From Macrostomum lignano (Eukaryota), in contig NIVC01004153.1 in the NCBI GenBank assembly GCA_002269645.1, forward strand, positions 1 through 57,665: DNA of 57,665 nt, written 5' to 3'. The notes under the pieces were generated by a model. It saw only the letters and a program-made list of their open reading frames with translations, was not told where the DNA came from and searched no databases. This document shows, piece after piece, positions 32,001-43,983 of this stretch; positions within the stretch are counted from its first letter, which is position 1, and every line of letters starts with the position of its first letter. Position numbers and translations under genes: made by a program.

Positions 32001-33059
32001 GATCATGGAGTGAGCTTGCGAGAAATCATTAGGTGAACTTAAAAATTAACTTTGAGCATGTCAGTCTCATGTAAAATGGCTTCTTGGCTTTCCCCGAGCA
32101 GATTTCGAGCTCAAGCAGTCAGGCGGCCTGGAGCCAGACGAGGCCAGACTGACGGAGGGGCCACTCCGACTCGGCATGGCCCGCTGCGACTGCACCACCG
32201 AGGCGGGCGAGCACCAGCTGGTGTACTGGCGCCGGCTTGCCAACGGCGGCTGCGCATGCGGGGCTGCCACCTTGCCAGCTGACAGGTGTGGGGGCTTTGG
32301 AGCTGGCTGAGTTGTCGCTCGATTAGGGAACCTCTGGGGGAGGGGGCTTGCGGCTGGGGCGTGTGCCCGAGTCAGTACACATCATGGGGTGGTTGGCGCC
32401 GCGGAATTTCCGCTTGTTAGCTGTCACGTGACCTAGCGTATCAAATTAACCTTCGACACGATGGAAATATAGAGATTAGACCCGATGAAAACGTTTTACT
32501 CCATGATGGCCAACCCACCAGGCCCAGAGAGTGTACATGCTGTGAGCGCGTGCCTGCTTACGCATTCTTGTGAGTGCGTGGGCTCAAGAATCAGCGCAAT
32601 GGGCCGTTTCAGGGTCACAATTTTTGACGACTAGGCAACGCACTCTCATCGGTAGAGTTGGAGATTTAAGAATGTCAATGGAACCACCGACTTCCACTGC
32701 CACTGCACAGGCTGATCATCAGCGGTTCCGGCCACTGTCTCGCCATGCAGTCCTTCAACTTGTCCAAGCCGTTGAACACCACCGCCTGTTCTGGAGATGC
32801 TCAACCGACTCTGCTCGGATTCCCTTCTGAGCCCGCCACCGGCAGCCTCGGGATCTGTGCTGACTGCGGCGCCGCGGCCACGGCCAACCAGTGCCAGTTG
32901 GAGCTCCTGGCAAGTCGCTGCTGCGACTGTCTTCGGCGGGGACAGGAACGGCCGGTTGAGCGTCTCACCGCCTTGCAGTTCGCCCCGGTGATCCTGGCGC
33001 TGCTTGCTGTCCCAGTCGTGCTTTGTTTGAAGAAGCATCGCGAACACCAAAGGCTCTGA
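29057..33059 (+). CDS. Single-pass membrane protein A (signal peptide, CUB-like and C-type-lectin-like regions, TM): exons 29057-29118, 30042-30325, 31058-31300, 32102-32285, 32711-33059
   Basis: Signal MLLLNTPFILYAALLLLLG; phases 2,1,1,2 close in frame; NCQW, TSSDYVDV, CSRGLV...C and HCLAM...C; TM FAPVILALLAVPVVLCL then KKHR. Confidence 0.7.
29555..29998. repeat. 16-bp intronic minisatellite (GGTGCTGGCGCCCCTT)
   Basis: Tandem array in gene A intron 1. Confidence 0.95.
30535..30765 (-). mobile_element. SINE-like interspersed repeat, family 2
   Basis: Reverse-complement match to 33735-34010; B-box-like GGCTCGATTCC. Confidence 0.65.
31326..32020. repeat. 21-bp intronic minisatellite (GAGCTTGCTGTGAGATCATGG)
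   Basis: Tandem array in gene A intron 3. Confidence 0.95.
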
Positions 33060-33358
33060 GCTTTTTGCCTAAGCAAAATCTTTTTTACCAGTCAAATGAA
33101 ATGCGCGTAGTTACTAAATTGCAGTCAAGGAATATTGTGTGTGCCTTGCTTGTGACGCCGTTTAATATGGCGCTATTTTTAGCATTCCACACACTGCGCG
33201 TTGTAGTTGCGTTGGTACCAAGTAGGCTATTTTTATTCACGGCTTTCCCCCGGAAACTAACGGCTCGTGTTTATATAAAGCCCCACAAAAACTTGTTAAC
33301 TGCACGCAATGCCTTGGGCTTGCGAAAATTATCGGATAGAAAGCTCTTATATCTCAAA

Positions 33359-35968
33359 ATGCTCAAGCTGAAGCTGCTCCTGTGCTCTGTGCTGCTGGTT
33401 GGCGAGTATAAAAGGTAAATCCATTTGAGTTTACTGCGTCAGTAATCTGTCTCGGATAGGCATTGGCCCAAGAGCCAATTAAGTAAGGGTCACCAATATT
33501 TAATAGGGGATTTTCGCAAGCCTTTTATCAACAAATTAGCTATTTTGCTGCGTGAAAGAGCCATAATTGCTTATTTATTTATTTTCATACGAGTTTTATT
33601 GAATATTTCCAAATCCATGACTGCAACAAATCAAAATTAGCTTCTCTTTTTTCTTTACTAAAATGTGACTTTTGCCTATTTTGCTTGCTTGACTGCTTCT
33701 TGCTCTTTTGTTTGTGTAACGGAAAGGTGGTCTTATGTACCAGCGGCCCAGGCTCGATTCCAAGTGCAGTCACATTGATTTTGGGGCTAAATTGGAATCT
33801 TGGCTTTGGGCCAACCCCCAAGGCACAGTGAAGTGTACATGCCTAACGATAAATAAAGTTAGGGCCGCTGTACACTCCTGTGTGAGTGTGTGCCTGTGCG
33901 TATGACTGCGTACGATCCGCGCGGTTGCTCAGGGGAGTCGGCGGAATGGGCAGCAATGCCTCTCGCCGGTTGTGTGACAATGTCGCTTGAAGTGCGCCAG
34001 GGTGCACACAGCCCGCTGCTTTTACGAGTATGTATGTATTACGAGTATGTCGTATAACTTATCGCAAGGGGGCCTGCAGAAGTTCCCGAATGAATGGGTG
34101 TTCAGTCTTTACACTCAATTCGTCCTTGCATTGGTACTCATTTTTCGATCTTTTATAACTAACAGGAGTGATAAGGAGCTGCGACAATAGGCTCTGTAAA
34201 ATTTACAGCCTTTAAATTATCAGTCGTTTTAAGATGTCGGTCTGTCTGAAGTGTCGGTCTATCTGAAGTGTCGGTCTATCTGAAGTGTCGGTCTATCTGA
34301 AGTGTCGGTCTATCTAAAGTTTCGGTCTCTTTGAAGTATCGATCTTTCTGAAATGTCGGTCTGTCTGATATGTCGATCTCTCTGAAGTGTCGGTCTCTCT
34401 AAAGTGTCGGTCTCTCTGAAGTGTCGGTCTCTCTGAAGTGTCGGTCTCTCTGAAGTGTCGGTCTCTTTGAAGTGTCGGTGTCTCTAAAGTTTCGGTCTCT
34501 TTGAAGTATCGGTCTTTCTGAAATGTCGGTCTGTCTGAAATGTCGGTCTCTCTAAAGTGTCGGTCTCTCTGAAGTGTCGGTCTCTTTGAAGTGTCGGTGT
34601 CTCTAAAGTTTCGGTCTCTCTGAAGTGTCGGTGTCTGAAGTGTCGGTCTAAGTGTCAGTCTATCTGAAGTGTCGGTCTCTCTGAAGTGTCGGTCTCTTTG
34701 AAGTGTCGGTCTATCTAAAGTTTCGGTCTCTTTGAAGTGTCGGTCTCTTTGAAGTGTCGGTCTTTTTAAGTGTCGGTCTCTCTGAAGTGTCGGTCTCTTT
34801 GAAGTGTCGGTTTCTTTGAAGTGTCGGTCTCTCTAAAGTGTCGGTCTCTCTGAAGTGTCGGTCTATCTGAAGTGTCGGTCTGTCGTCTGAAGTATCGGTC
34901 TGTCTGAAGTGTCGGTCTATCTGAAGTGTCGGTCTGTCTGAAGTGTCGGTCTCTCTGAAGTGTCGGTCTATCTGAAGTGTCGGTCTGTCTGAAGTGTCGG
35001 TCTCTCTGAAGTGTCGGTCTATCTGAAGTGTCGGTCTATCTGAAGTGTCGGTCTGTCTGAATTATCGGTCTCCAACTCAGCCCAACCCCCGCCTCCAGCT
35101 CCGCAGCGCAGGTGTCCGTGCATTCCTTGCGCTGCTCGAGCTCTCCTCAGCTAGTCCAGGCCGACCAGTGGATCAACCAACCCGACCCCATACTGCTCCA
35201 TCTGCCTGATGAGGCTCCCGCTCCCAGGAACTGCAGGTGGAAATTTTTAGCCTCGCCGCAGCCCACAAGCATCCTTCTAGAGGCAGTGAGTGCACTGCCC
35301 CAGTCCGCCAGCAAGGTCGGTGTTGATGAGGCTACCAGCGAATTTTCCAAACTGCTCACGGTGAAACTGATAGGTAAATTAAAATTTGTGCTTGTACTGT
35401 CTAGCCTCCTCGGTAAGAAATCTATACTATTTAATCATAAAATAATCTTAATAAAACGTCAGGACCAACCGGAGCCTCGACCATTATCGCGTGGAGCAAT
35501 CGGACGCACTTTCTTGAAGCAACTCTGCGCGACCCGTAAGCGACCCGTTTTAGAAATTGTTAAAGTACGTTTCTTTGAAAGCTGTTATTTTAAAATTGGA
35601 CTGTTTGCGCAACAAAACTGGTATGGTACTAATAGTAACACTACTGACGCACTTAATGATAATAATAACAATAATTGATTACACCCGTCCTGATTGGGCC
35701 AGATGTGCAACCGACAGCTCAGCCGCAGCTATTGCGCGGCGCATCTGAAGGCTGCGTACGGCTGTTCAGTCCAAGGACTGGGGGGTCGCCACACTCACCC
35801 TCAATTATCCCAGCTAATGCTGGCACCCATTTTACAGCTGGGTTGAACTGAAGCAATGCAGAGTTAAGTGTTTCGCTCAAGGACTCAAATTGTTCCGAGT
35901 GGGTCAAGAATCGAACCCCCGACCTTTCTTAGTGCGCGCAGTAGCTGCGGCTGAGCTGTCGGCTGCAC

Positions 35969-36009
<41 letters not shown>

Positions 36010-39000
36010 AGGACTAAGAGTAAAAAGTCACGGATCAACGCTTTTTCGGTATCGCTTTAAACACTAACGGAAGTTACTTTTTTGCAATCGCGCATTTTGC
36101 CCCTCAGTTCTGACCAGCTGATCATCGAGTTTACCGGGTCAGATTGGGTCAAGCTTGACTCTGTGGCCGGCTACCAGCTGCGGGCGATGTTCCACACGTT
36201 GGTACAGTGCGGCCGCGGGCTGGTGCGGTCAGGATCTGGTTGCTATGCTCAGAGACGAACCAGCAGGCTGGGCCAGGCGGCTGCGATATCAAGCCTGGCT
36301 GAAGTTCAGCGTATTTCTGCCGCCTGTGAGTCACTGGATTTGCAACTAGCTGGCTTACTAATCGCTTGAAATGCACTGCTTCACCGAGGGTCTCAGGAGA
36401 GCTGGGGTCTCAGGAGAGCTGGGGTCTCAGGAGAGCTGGGGTCTCAGGAGAGCTGGGGTCTCAGGAGAGCTGGGGTCTCAGGAGAGCTGGGGTCTCAGGA
36501 GAGCTGGGGTCTCAGGAGAGCTGGGGTCTCAGGAGAGCTGGGGTCTCAGGAGAGCTGGGGTCTCAGGAGAGCTGGGGTCTCAGGAGAGCTGGGGTCTCAG
36601 GAGAGCTGGGGTCTCAGGAGAGCTGGGGTCTCAGGAGAGCTGGGGTCTCAGGAGAGCTGGGGTCTCAGGAGAGCTGGGGTCTCAGGAGAGCTGGGGTCTC
36701 AGGAGAGCTGGGGTCTCAGGAGAGCTGGGGTCTCAGGAGAGCTGGGGTCTCAGGAGAGCTGGGGTCTCAGGAGAGCTGGGGTCTCAGGAGAGCTGGGGTC
36801 TCAGGAGAGCTGGGGTCTCAGGAGAGCTGGGGTCTCAGGAGAGCTGGGGTCTCAGGAGAGCTGGGGTCTCAGGAGAGCTGGGGTCTCAGGAGAGCTGGGG
36901 TCTCAGGAGAGCTGGGGTCTCAGGAGAGCTGGGGTCTCAGGAGAGCTGGGGTCTCAGGAGAGCTGGGGTCTCAGGAGAGCTGGGGTCTCAGGAGAGCTGG
37001 GGTCTCAGGAGAGCTGGGGTCTCAGGAGAGCTGGGGTCTCAGGAGAGCTGGGGTCTCAGGAGAGCTGGGGTCTCAGGAGAGCTGGGGTCTCAGGAGAGCT
37101 GGGGTCTCAGGAGAGCTGGGGTCTCAGGAGAGCTGGGGTCTCAGGAGAGCTGGGGTCTCAGGAGAGCTGGGGTCTCAGGAGAGCTGGGGTCTCAGGAGAG
37201 CTGGGGTCTCAGGAGAGCTGGGGTCTCAGGAGAGCTGGGGTCTCAGGAGAGCTGGGGTCTCAGGAGAGCTGGGGTCTCAGTAGAGAATGCTAATGGTCTC
37301 AGTAGAGGATGCTAATAGTCTCAGTAGAGGATGCTAATGGTCTCAGTAGAGGATGCTAATGGTCTCAGTAGAGGGTGCTAATGGTCTCAGGAGAGATGCC
37401 AATGGTCTCAGGAGAGGATGCTAATGGTCTCAGGAAAAGCGCTAAGTGTCACATTAAGAGGCTAGTAGTGACATGATTAGGAGTGCTAGGGGTCTCAATG
37501 AGGGTCACGGATACTATAATTATGACTGTAAGAGTGCAAAAGGGTTGTGTGAGGAGTGCTTAATTTTATCGAGCTACAAACTTTCAGTCGCGGATGCCTT
37601 TTCATCTGGTTCGATCGATCGAGCACTGGATTCGCCTGTACGTCTGGCCATGTCGTATTGTGACACGAGCAGTCAGCTGGTCTACTGGCTGCCGAGTGGG
37701 GACGCCTGCACCTGCGGACGGCTGCCTGTGGATGCGGAGAGGTAAATCTAAATATACTAATCTTCTTCTTCTCTTCTTCTTCTTCTCTATATACTAATTT
37801 TGCGCTGTATTCGTGCGTGCGTGCGTGTAATAGATTTTTTCGAGAATGGCTCAACCGATTCTCTTCAAACTTGCACCATTCGATCAGAAATTTTCCTGGG
37901 ATGTTGAATGCATCTTGGCTAAGAAATTGCTTAATATTAAAGGGATTAAATATTCGAAAAACATGATTTTCTGCGAAGGTCAAGCAGCTCTTTCGACCTG
38001 AAATGCATTGTAACAATGCTAGAGAAAACCTGACTGACTGAATTTCAATTCTGATAAAGATTGCATCACAGCAAGTTGAAAACAGTGCCGAAGAAATGCA
38101 CACAAGACTTGATTTAAATTGCGTAACCATATTTCTAACTTAAATTGAGACTGATACTGGCTGACTGAGAAATTGATTATGTCATAACTTTTTACTCTAA
38201 CCGATTTGCTATAAGAATTGAATTATAAGGGCCACAATTCATGCTCTCCAATCGACAAGAGATAGCCTAGATGCGAACAGACTGGGCTGCTAATTCAGCG
38301 ACCTGGGTTCGAATCTTAGTAGTGCAAAATAATTTTTTTATTAAAACATCTTAAAAACAAAATACTGAACATAAAAGAGGCACAATGTCAAACAAAAGTG
38401 GCACCATTTCAAACATTAAAGGCCACCATGTCAAACATATATGTGACTCCATGTCTAACATTAAAGAGCCACCCTGTCGAACATTAAAGAGCCACCATGT
38501 CGAACATTAAAGAGCCACCATGTCGAACATTAAAGAGCCACCATGTCGAACATTAAAGAGCCACCATGTCGAACATTAAAGAGCCACCATGGTTAACATT
38601 AAAAAGCCATCATTACAGACATTAAGGTGCCACCATGTCGAACATAAAAGAGCCACTATGTCAAACATCAACGAGTCACCATGTCAAGCGTATACATGAC
38701 TTCATTTCAGACATTAAAGTGCCACCATGTCGAACATAAAAGAGCCACCATGTCAAACATTAAAGAGCCACCATGTCGAACATAAAAGAGCCACCATGTC
38801 AAACATTAAAGAGCCACCATGTCGAACATTAAAGAGCCATCATTACAGACATTAAGGTGCCACCAGGTCAAACATTAAAGAGCCACCATGTCAAACACAA
38901 AACAGCTACCATATCAAACATAAATGGGGTGCCTACTATCTTGGAGTGCTTGCTATCTGGAGATGCGTGCTATCTGGGGGTGCTTGCTATCTGGGGGTGC

Positions 39001-40869
39001 TTGCTATCTGGGGGTGCTTGCTATCTGGGGGTGCTTGCTATCTAAGGGTGCTTGCTATTAGGTGGATGCTTGCTATCTTGGGGTGCTTGCTATTAGGTGG
39101 ATGCTTGCTATCTGGGGTGCCTGCTATCTTGGAGTACTTGCTATCTGGAGATGCGTGCTATCTGGTGGTGCTTGCTATCTGGGGGGGGGGATGCTTGCTA
39201 TCTTGGGGGTTCTAGCTATCTGGGGGTGCTTGCTATTAGGTGGATGCTTGCTATCTGGGGTGCCTGCTATCTTGGAGTGCTTGCTATTAGGTGGATGCTT
39301 GATATCTGGGGTGCCTGTTATCTTGGAGTGCTTGCTATTAGGTGGATGCTTGCTATCTGGGGTGCCTGCTATCTGAGGGTGCTTGCTATCTGGGGGTGCT
39401 TGCTATCTGGGGGTGCTTGCTATCTGGGGGGTGCTTGCTATCTAAGGGTGCTTGCTATCTGGGGTGCCTGCTATCTTGGAGTGCTTGCTATTAGGTGGAT
39501 GCTTGCTATCTGGGGTGCCTGCTATCTGAGGGTGCTTGCTATCTGGGTGTGCTTGCTATCTGGGGGTGCTTGCTATCTAAGGGTGCTTGCTAACTGGAGG
39601 TGCTTGCTTTCTAAGGGTGCTTGCTATTAGGTGGATGCTTGCTATCTGGGGTGCCTGCTATCTGGGGGTGCTTGCTATCTGGAGATGCTTGCTATCTGGG
39701 GGTGCTTGCTATCTGGGGATGCTTGCTATCTGTGGGTGCTTGCTTTCTAAGGGTGCTTGCTTTTAGGTGGATGCTTGCTATCTTGGGGTGCTTGCTATCT
39801 GGAGATGCTTGCTATCTGGGGGGTTGCTTGCTGTCCTGGGATGTTTTCTTTTTGCATTGCACTTCATTTGAGCAGTTTTTCTATTGTCTATGTGAAGGCT
39901 TTTTTTGGCCGTCTTTTTGATACTTGTAGAGAGCCAGAGATTCTATCTAGATGCCCCCCATCGGGGGGGGGGGGCGAAGATTGCTAGTTCTCCTCTAATG
40001 CATTCTTAGTCAAGAAAGTAGGTTTTCGTTTGACTTCCTTTAATTGACTTCCTGTCATCCTAGCTCACCCATATAATATTCACTAAGCTGCTCTTAATGT
40101 CTGCCTTTCAAACCCCTCACTCCCTGCCCCTCCAAACCCCTCACTCCCTGCCCCTCCAAACCCCTCACTCCCTGCCCCTCCAAACCCCTCAATCCCTACC
40201 CCTCCAAACCCCTCAATCCCTACCCCTCCAAACCCCTCAATCCCTACCCCTCCAAACCCCTCAATTCCTACCCCTCCAAACCCCTCACTCCCTACCCCTC
40301 CAAACCCCTCACTCCCTACCCCTCCAAACCCCTCACTCCCTGCCCCTCCAAACCCCTCAATCCCTACCCCTCCAAACCCCTCAGTCCCTACCCCTCCAAA
40401 CCCCTCCAAACCCCTTACTCCCTACCCTCCAAACCCTCATAAGGATAGAAAGATGCATTCAACTCAAGGGCGACTTCTGCTTGACTTTTGCTGCTAATAT
40501 TGATGAGTTTCAATCCTAGAAATTTTCTGACACACCTTATTTTTTAGAGTTCAAGCAGGCGTTGGTGACTGCGTGTCTGTCCAGATGAGTCCAAACGTAA
40601 AAACGCCAACGTTCGAGCCTGTCTCCTGCTCGGTTGTCATGGAAACACTGATTAGCGTATCCCAATTGTCGGTGCCGGCCTGTCGCGCTTACAACGCCAG
40701 CTCTCTGATTGGCCAGTGCTGCAACGGTGGCATCAATTCGGCACCAACCGCTTCTGATTGGCTGTCACACCTGTTCGAACTCTTCCCGATGCTTAAGTTT
40801 CTGTTTGGCTATTCGTCGCTTTTTGTTTGCTGTGGCCTGCTTCTGTTTTATATGATCATGCCCTTCTGA
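33359..40869 (+). CDS. Membrane protein B, tandem paralogue of A: exons 33359-33414, 35099-35373, about 36108-36325, 37588-37741, 40548-40869; exon 2/3 phase conflict
   Basis: Signal MLKLKLLLCSVLLVG. Exon-by-exon similarity to A: SSDQ/SSDY, CGRGLV/CSRGLV, PVRLAMSYCD..QLVYW..CTCG / PLRLGMARCD..QLVYW..CACG, GVGDCVSVQ / GSGHCLAMQ. Hydrophobic C-terminus. Confidence 0.6.
33735..34010 (+). mobile_element. SINE-like interspersed repeat, family 2
   Basis: Matches 30535-30765 in the opposite orientation. Confidence 0.65.
34234..35072. repeat. 17-bp intronic minisatellite (CTGAAGTGTCGGTCT(A/C/G)T)
   Basis: Tandem array in gene B intron 1. Confidence 0.95.
35705..35968. mobile_element. CORE-like SINE fragment enclosed by inverted repeats of about 27-34 bp
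   Basis: gtgcaaccgacagctcagccgcagcta (35705-35731) versus tagctgcggctgagctgtcggctgcac (35942-35968). Confidence 0.6.
36386..37280. repeat. Homogeneous 17-bp minisatellite (GGGGTCTCAGGAGAGCT), about 52 copies
   Basis: No variant unit seen by eye; followed by related degenerate 21-bp units to about 37500. Confidence 0.95.
38395..38925. repeat. About 23-bp minisatellite (ACATTAAAGAGCCACCATGTCGA)
   Basis: Tandem array in gene B intron 4. Confidence 0.9.
38926..39835. repeat. 17-bp minisatellite (GCTTGCTATCTGGGGGT)
   Basis: Degenerate tandem array abutting the previous one. Confidence 0.9.
40105..40435. repeat. 24-bp minisatellite (CCTCCAAACCCCTCACTCCCTGCC)
   Basis: Tandem array just upstream of gene B last exon. 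Confidence 0.9.
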
Positions 40870-40967
40870 GCCGCTAAATTTTTATTAGGCTTTAAGTTTT
40901 GTTTGTTTGATGTAAACTTTCTAAATTATGTTTCCAACATTAAAAGCTCAAGCTCTCAATCATTTCA

Positions 40968-41830
40968 TAAGAACACCACCCACCCCATGTACAGCCCAAT
41001 CACCTGATCATGAGAACACCACCCACCCCATGTGCACCCCAATCACCTGATCATGAGAACACCACCCACCCCATGTGCACCCCAATCACCTGATCATGAG
41101 AACACCACCCACCCCATGTGCACCCCAATCACCTGATCATGAGAACACCACCCACCCCATGTGCACCCCAATCACCTGATCATGAGAACACCACCCACCC
41201 CATGTACAGCCCAATCACCTGATCATGAGAACACCACCCACCCCATGTGCACCCCAATCACCTGATCATGAGAACACCACCCACCCCATGTGCACCCCAA
41301 TCACCTGATCATGAGAACACCACCCACCCCATGTGCACCCCAATCACCTGATCATGAGAACACCACCCACCCCATGTGCACCCCAATCACCTGATCATGA
41401 GAACACCACCCACCCCATGTACAGCCCAATCACCTGATCATGAGAACACCACCCACCCCATGTGCACCCCAATCACCTGATCATGAGAACACCACCCACA
41501 CCATGTGCACCCCAATCACCTGATCATGAGAACACCACCCACCCCATGTGCACCCCAATCACCTGATCATGAGAACACCACCCACCCCATGTGCACCCCA
41601 ATCACCTGATCATGAGAACACCACCCACCCCATGTACAGCCCAATCACCTGATCATGAGAACACCACCCACCCCATGTACAGCCCAATCACCTGATCATG
41701 AGAACACCACCCACCCCATGTACAGCCCAATCACCTGATCATGAGAACACCACCCACCCCATGTACAGCCCAATCACCTGATCATGAGAACACCACCCAC
41801 CCCATGTGCACCCTAATCATCCATGAGAAC
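40968..41830. repeat. 43-bp satellite, about 20 copies
   Basis: GAGAACACCACCCACCCCATGTGCACCCCAATCACCTGATCAT at 41012, 41055 and onward; two alternating variants. Confidence 0.95.
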
Positions 41831-43083
41831 AATACGTAAAAAAGGACATTTGAAGACGAAAGCTTGCACTGCACACTCCTTTTATGAGTTGAACTAACTA
41901 CCATCCCATGCAGATAGGGAATCGTTGTTAAAATGCCATGAGCACTACGACACACTTATCCAGCATTTTATTTTTATTATTTCTTTGCATGTTATTAATA
42001 CTATCCTCAGCTTACCATGTAGAAATTTGCAGTGATCCAGAAATTTAGTTTTCTTAGTCTCTTTTATTATAAATAGTCTTTCAATATCCAGCAGGAACCG
42101 TTCTAACAAAAGATAGTGCCAATCTTCTTAACAAAACAATTTGCCAAAATTTATATTTTAATAATCATTATCATCAGATTCCAATGATCAGGTTGAATTT
42201 ATTAATTTTAATAATTGATTTTGTTTATATTTAATTAATATCTTTTAATGAAATTGTAGTCGCTGCACTAGATCTAACTTTAAACACATATACTGCATTC
42301 TTAATTAGTTTATTATTTATGAATCCGTCATTTTTGTTCAGTTTCATTCTTTTTAAATGTCTATGAGTACACAGTTGGTGGACAGCTCATAGCCTGACCC
42401 GGGCTGTGTGGCTGAGTGAAGCCACAGATACCAGAATAACTAGACGGGCCACTCAGCACATTTGCGTGCAAGCTACTTTGAGTTCAGTAGTAAGTTAAAC
42501 TGACGCATTTTAATGTATTTTTAAAGACAAGGCTCATTTATTGGCTCTTACCCCCAAGCTTAAACCCTCAAACTCCACACAGAACCTCTACCCCTGCCCC
42601 GCCACCCAATTTTTTTTACCTTCCTCGGTTGTTCGAGCCTAAATCTGCCTTGTACATTTCTGTGGCTAATGTACATTATGGCTGAACCAATTAGCAAGCT
42701 GTTTACGTCTGCAAGCTTGGGTTTCTGAACTTATCAAAGTCATCTCAGCTGGCTTTATTCTTGTAAAATAGCTTATGTATTCGCCTTTGCTACTGATCTG
42801 AAAGTAGAAAGCTGTTTTACTAAGTATATATATATGCCTGAGTGGCCCCATCTATTCTAGCATCTGTGAGTGAAGCTGAGCACAGAGATGCCATTGTGCG
42901 AAAGAGCACAGGGGGAGAGAAGGCTGAGAGATGAAGAAGCACGCAAGAGGCTTGCAGAATCTGGAAATAACTAGAGAGAGAGAGGGGGGTGAGGCTATAT
43001 AAGAATGTGTGCACAGCGGTGCGCGGCCTGGCGGCAGAGACCGACAGCTCTCAACGTCAGCCCAGGTGGCTTCAAACTTTTCA

Positions 43084-43983
43084 ATGGCCAAACGAAAAGA
43101 GTCCTCAGCGCCCGTAGTTGACGTCGAGGGCGTGCAGATTGCAGAATTCCGCGACGCCTTCGCTCTGTTTGATCAGGACGGCGACGGGTTCATATCGCGG
43201 TCGGAGCTGGGTCACGTGATGAAGACGTTCGGCTACAGGGTCAGCGAACAGCAGCTGGATGTGAGAGCTCTCTTTCTGCGTAGATGCCTAAGCTGATCAT
43301 TGGACATCAGTTTTGGGAAAACAGCTCTATATAGGCCAGGATGCCAGGGGCAGATGGAGGGAGCGAGAAGGCTGGGAGAAAAGGAGAGATTGACGGAGAA
43401 TGACAGGGTCAGAATAAGATTAAATATCATGAGAGGGGGGATAAACTCGTACTGCCGCGCCGGCCTGATATGTACATTGTTTGTTGGGGGGGGGAGAGTA
43501 GGTAGATGTATATAGAGCGAGTGGGGGGAGGAGATAGAGCAGAGAATGGACTGCGACTAAGACGTATAGAAGCATGTAAGCTCGTATACCTCTGTCTGTC
43601 AGGCCATGCTGCAGTTTGTGGACAGCGACGGCGACGGCTTGATCGACTTTCCGGAGTTCATGACGGTGATCTGCCGCAACATGGCCAGCGGCCGCTGCAT
43701 GGACGACCTGCGCCGGGCCTTCGCCATATTCGACCGCGACTCCTCCGGTCGAGTGGGGCCCCAGGAGCTGTCCGAATTCATGTCCTCGTTGGGCTTGACA
43801 GGCGGCTACGGCGAAGCGCAGGGTATTATTCGCGACTGCGACACAGATGGCGACGGTGAGATTGACTTTCAGGAGTTTCTGCGCATCCTGGCCGGAAACT
43901 TTATGCCACCCGAGGTGCTGGCTGCCTCCGTCAGACCAGCGGCTGTGGACGCGAATGCTGACAAGGCGAGCCAAAAGAAATGA
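43084..43983 (+). CDS. Calmodulin-like protein with four EF-hands: exons 43084-43260, 43603-43983 (185 aa)
   Basis: DQDGDGFISRSE, DSDGDGLIDFPE, DRDSSGRVGPQE, DTDGDGEIDFQE. Confidence 0.9.

Noticed and set aside
38275-38330. tRNA-like sequence with GGGTTCGAATC
   Set aside because: B-box only; no convincing cloverleaf or acceptor stem, so probably a SINE relic.
26181-40519. Long ORFs such as 26227..26931, 26240..26977, 29488..29968, 31089..32006, 31349..32032, 36366..37315, 39097..39630 and 40083..40519
   Set aside because: They are translations of stop-free minisatellites inside introns.
40968-41830. 43-bp repeat array as a CRISPR
   Set aside because: Units are contiguous with no unique spacers, there are no cas genes, and the context is eukaryotic.
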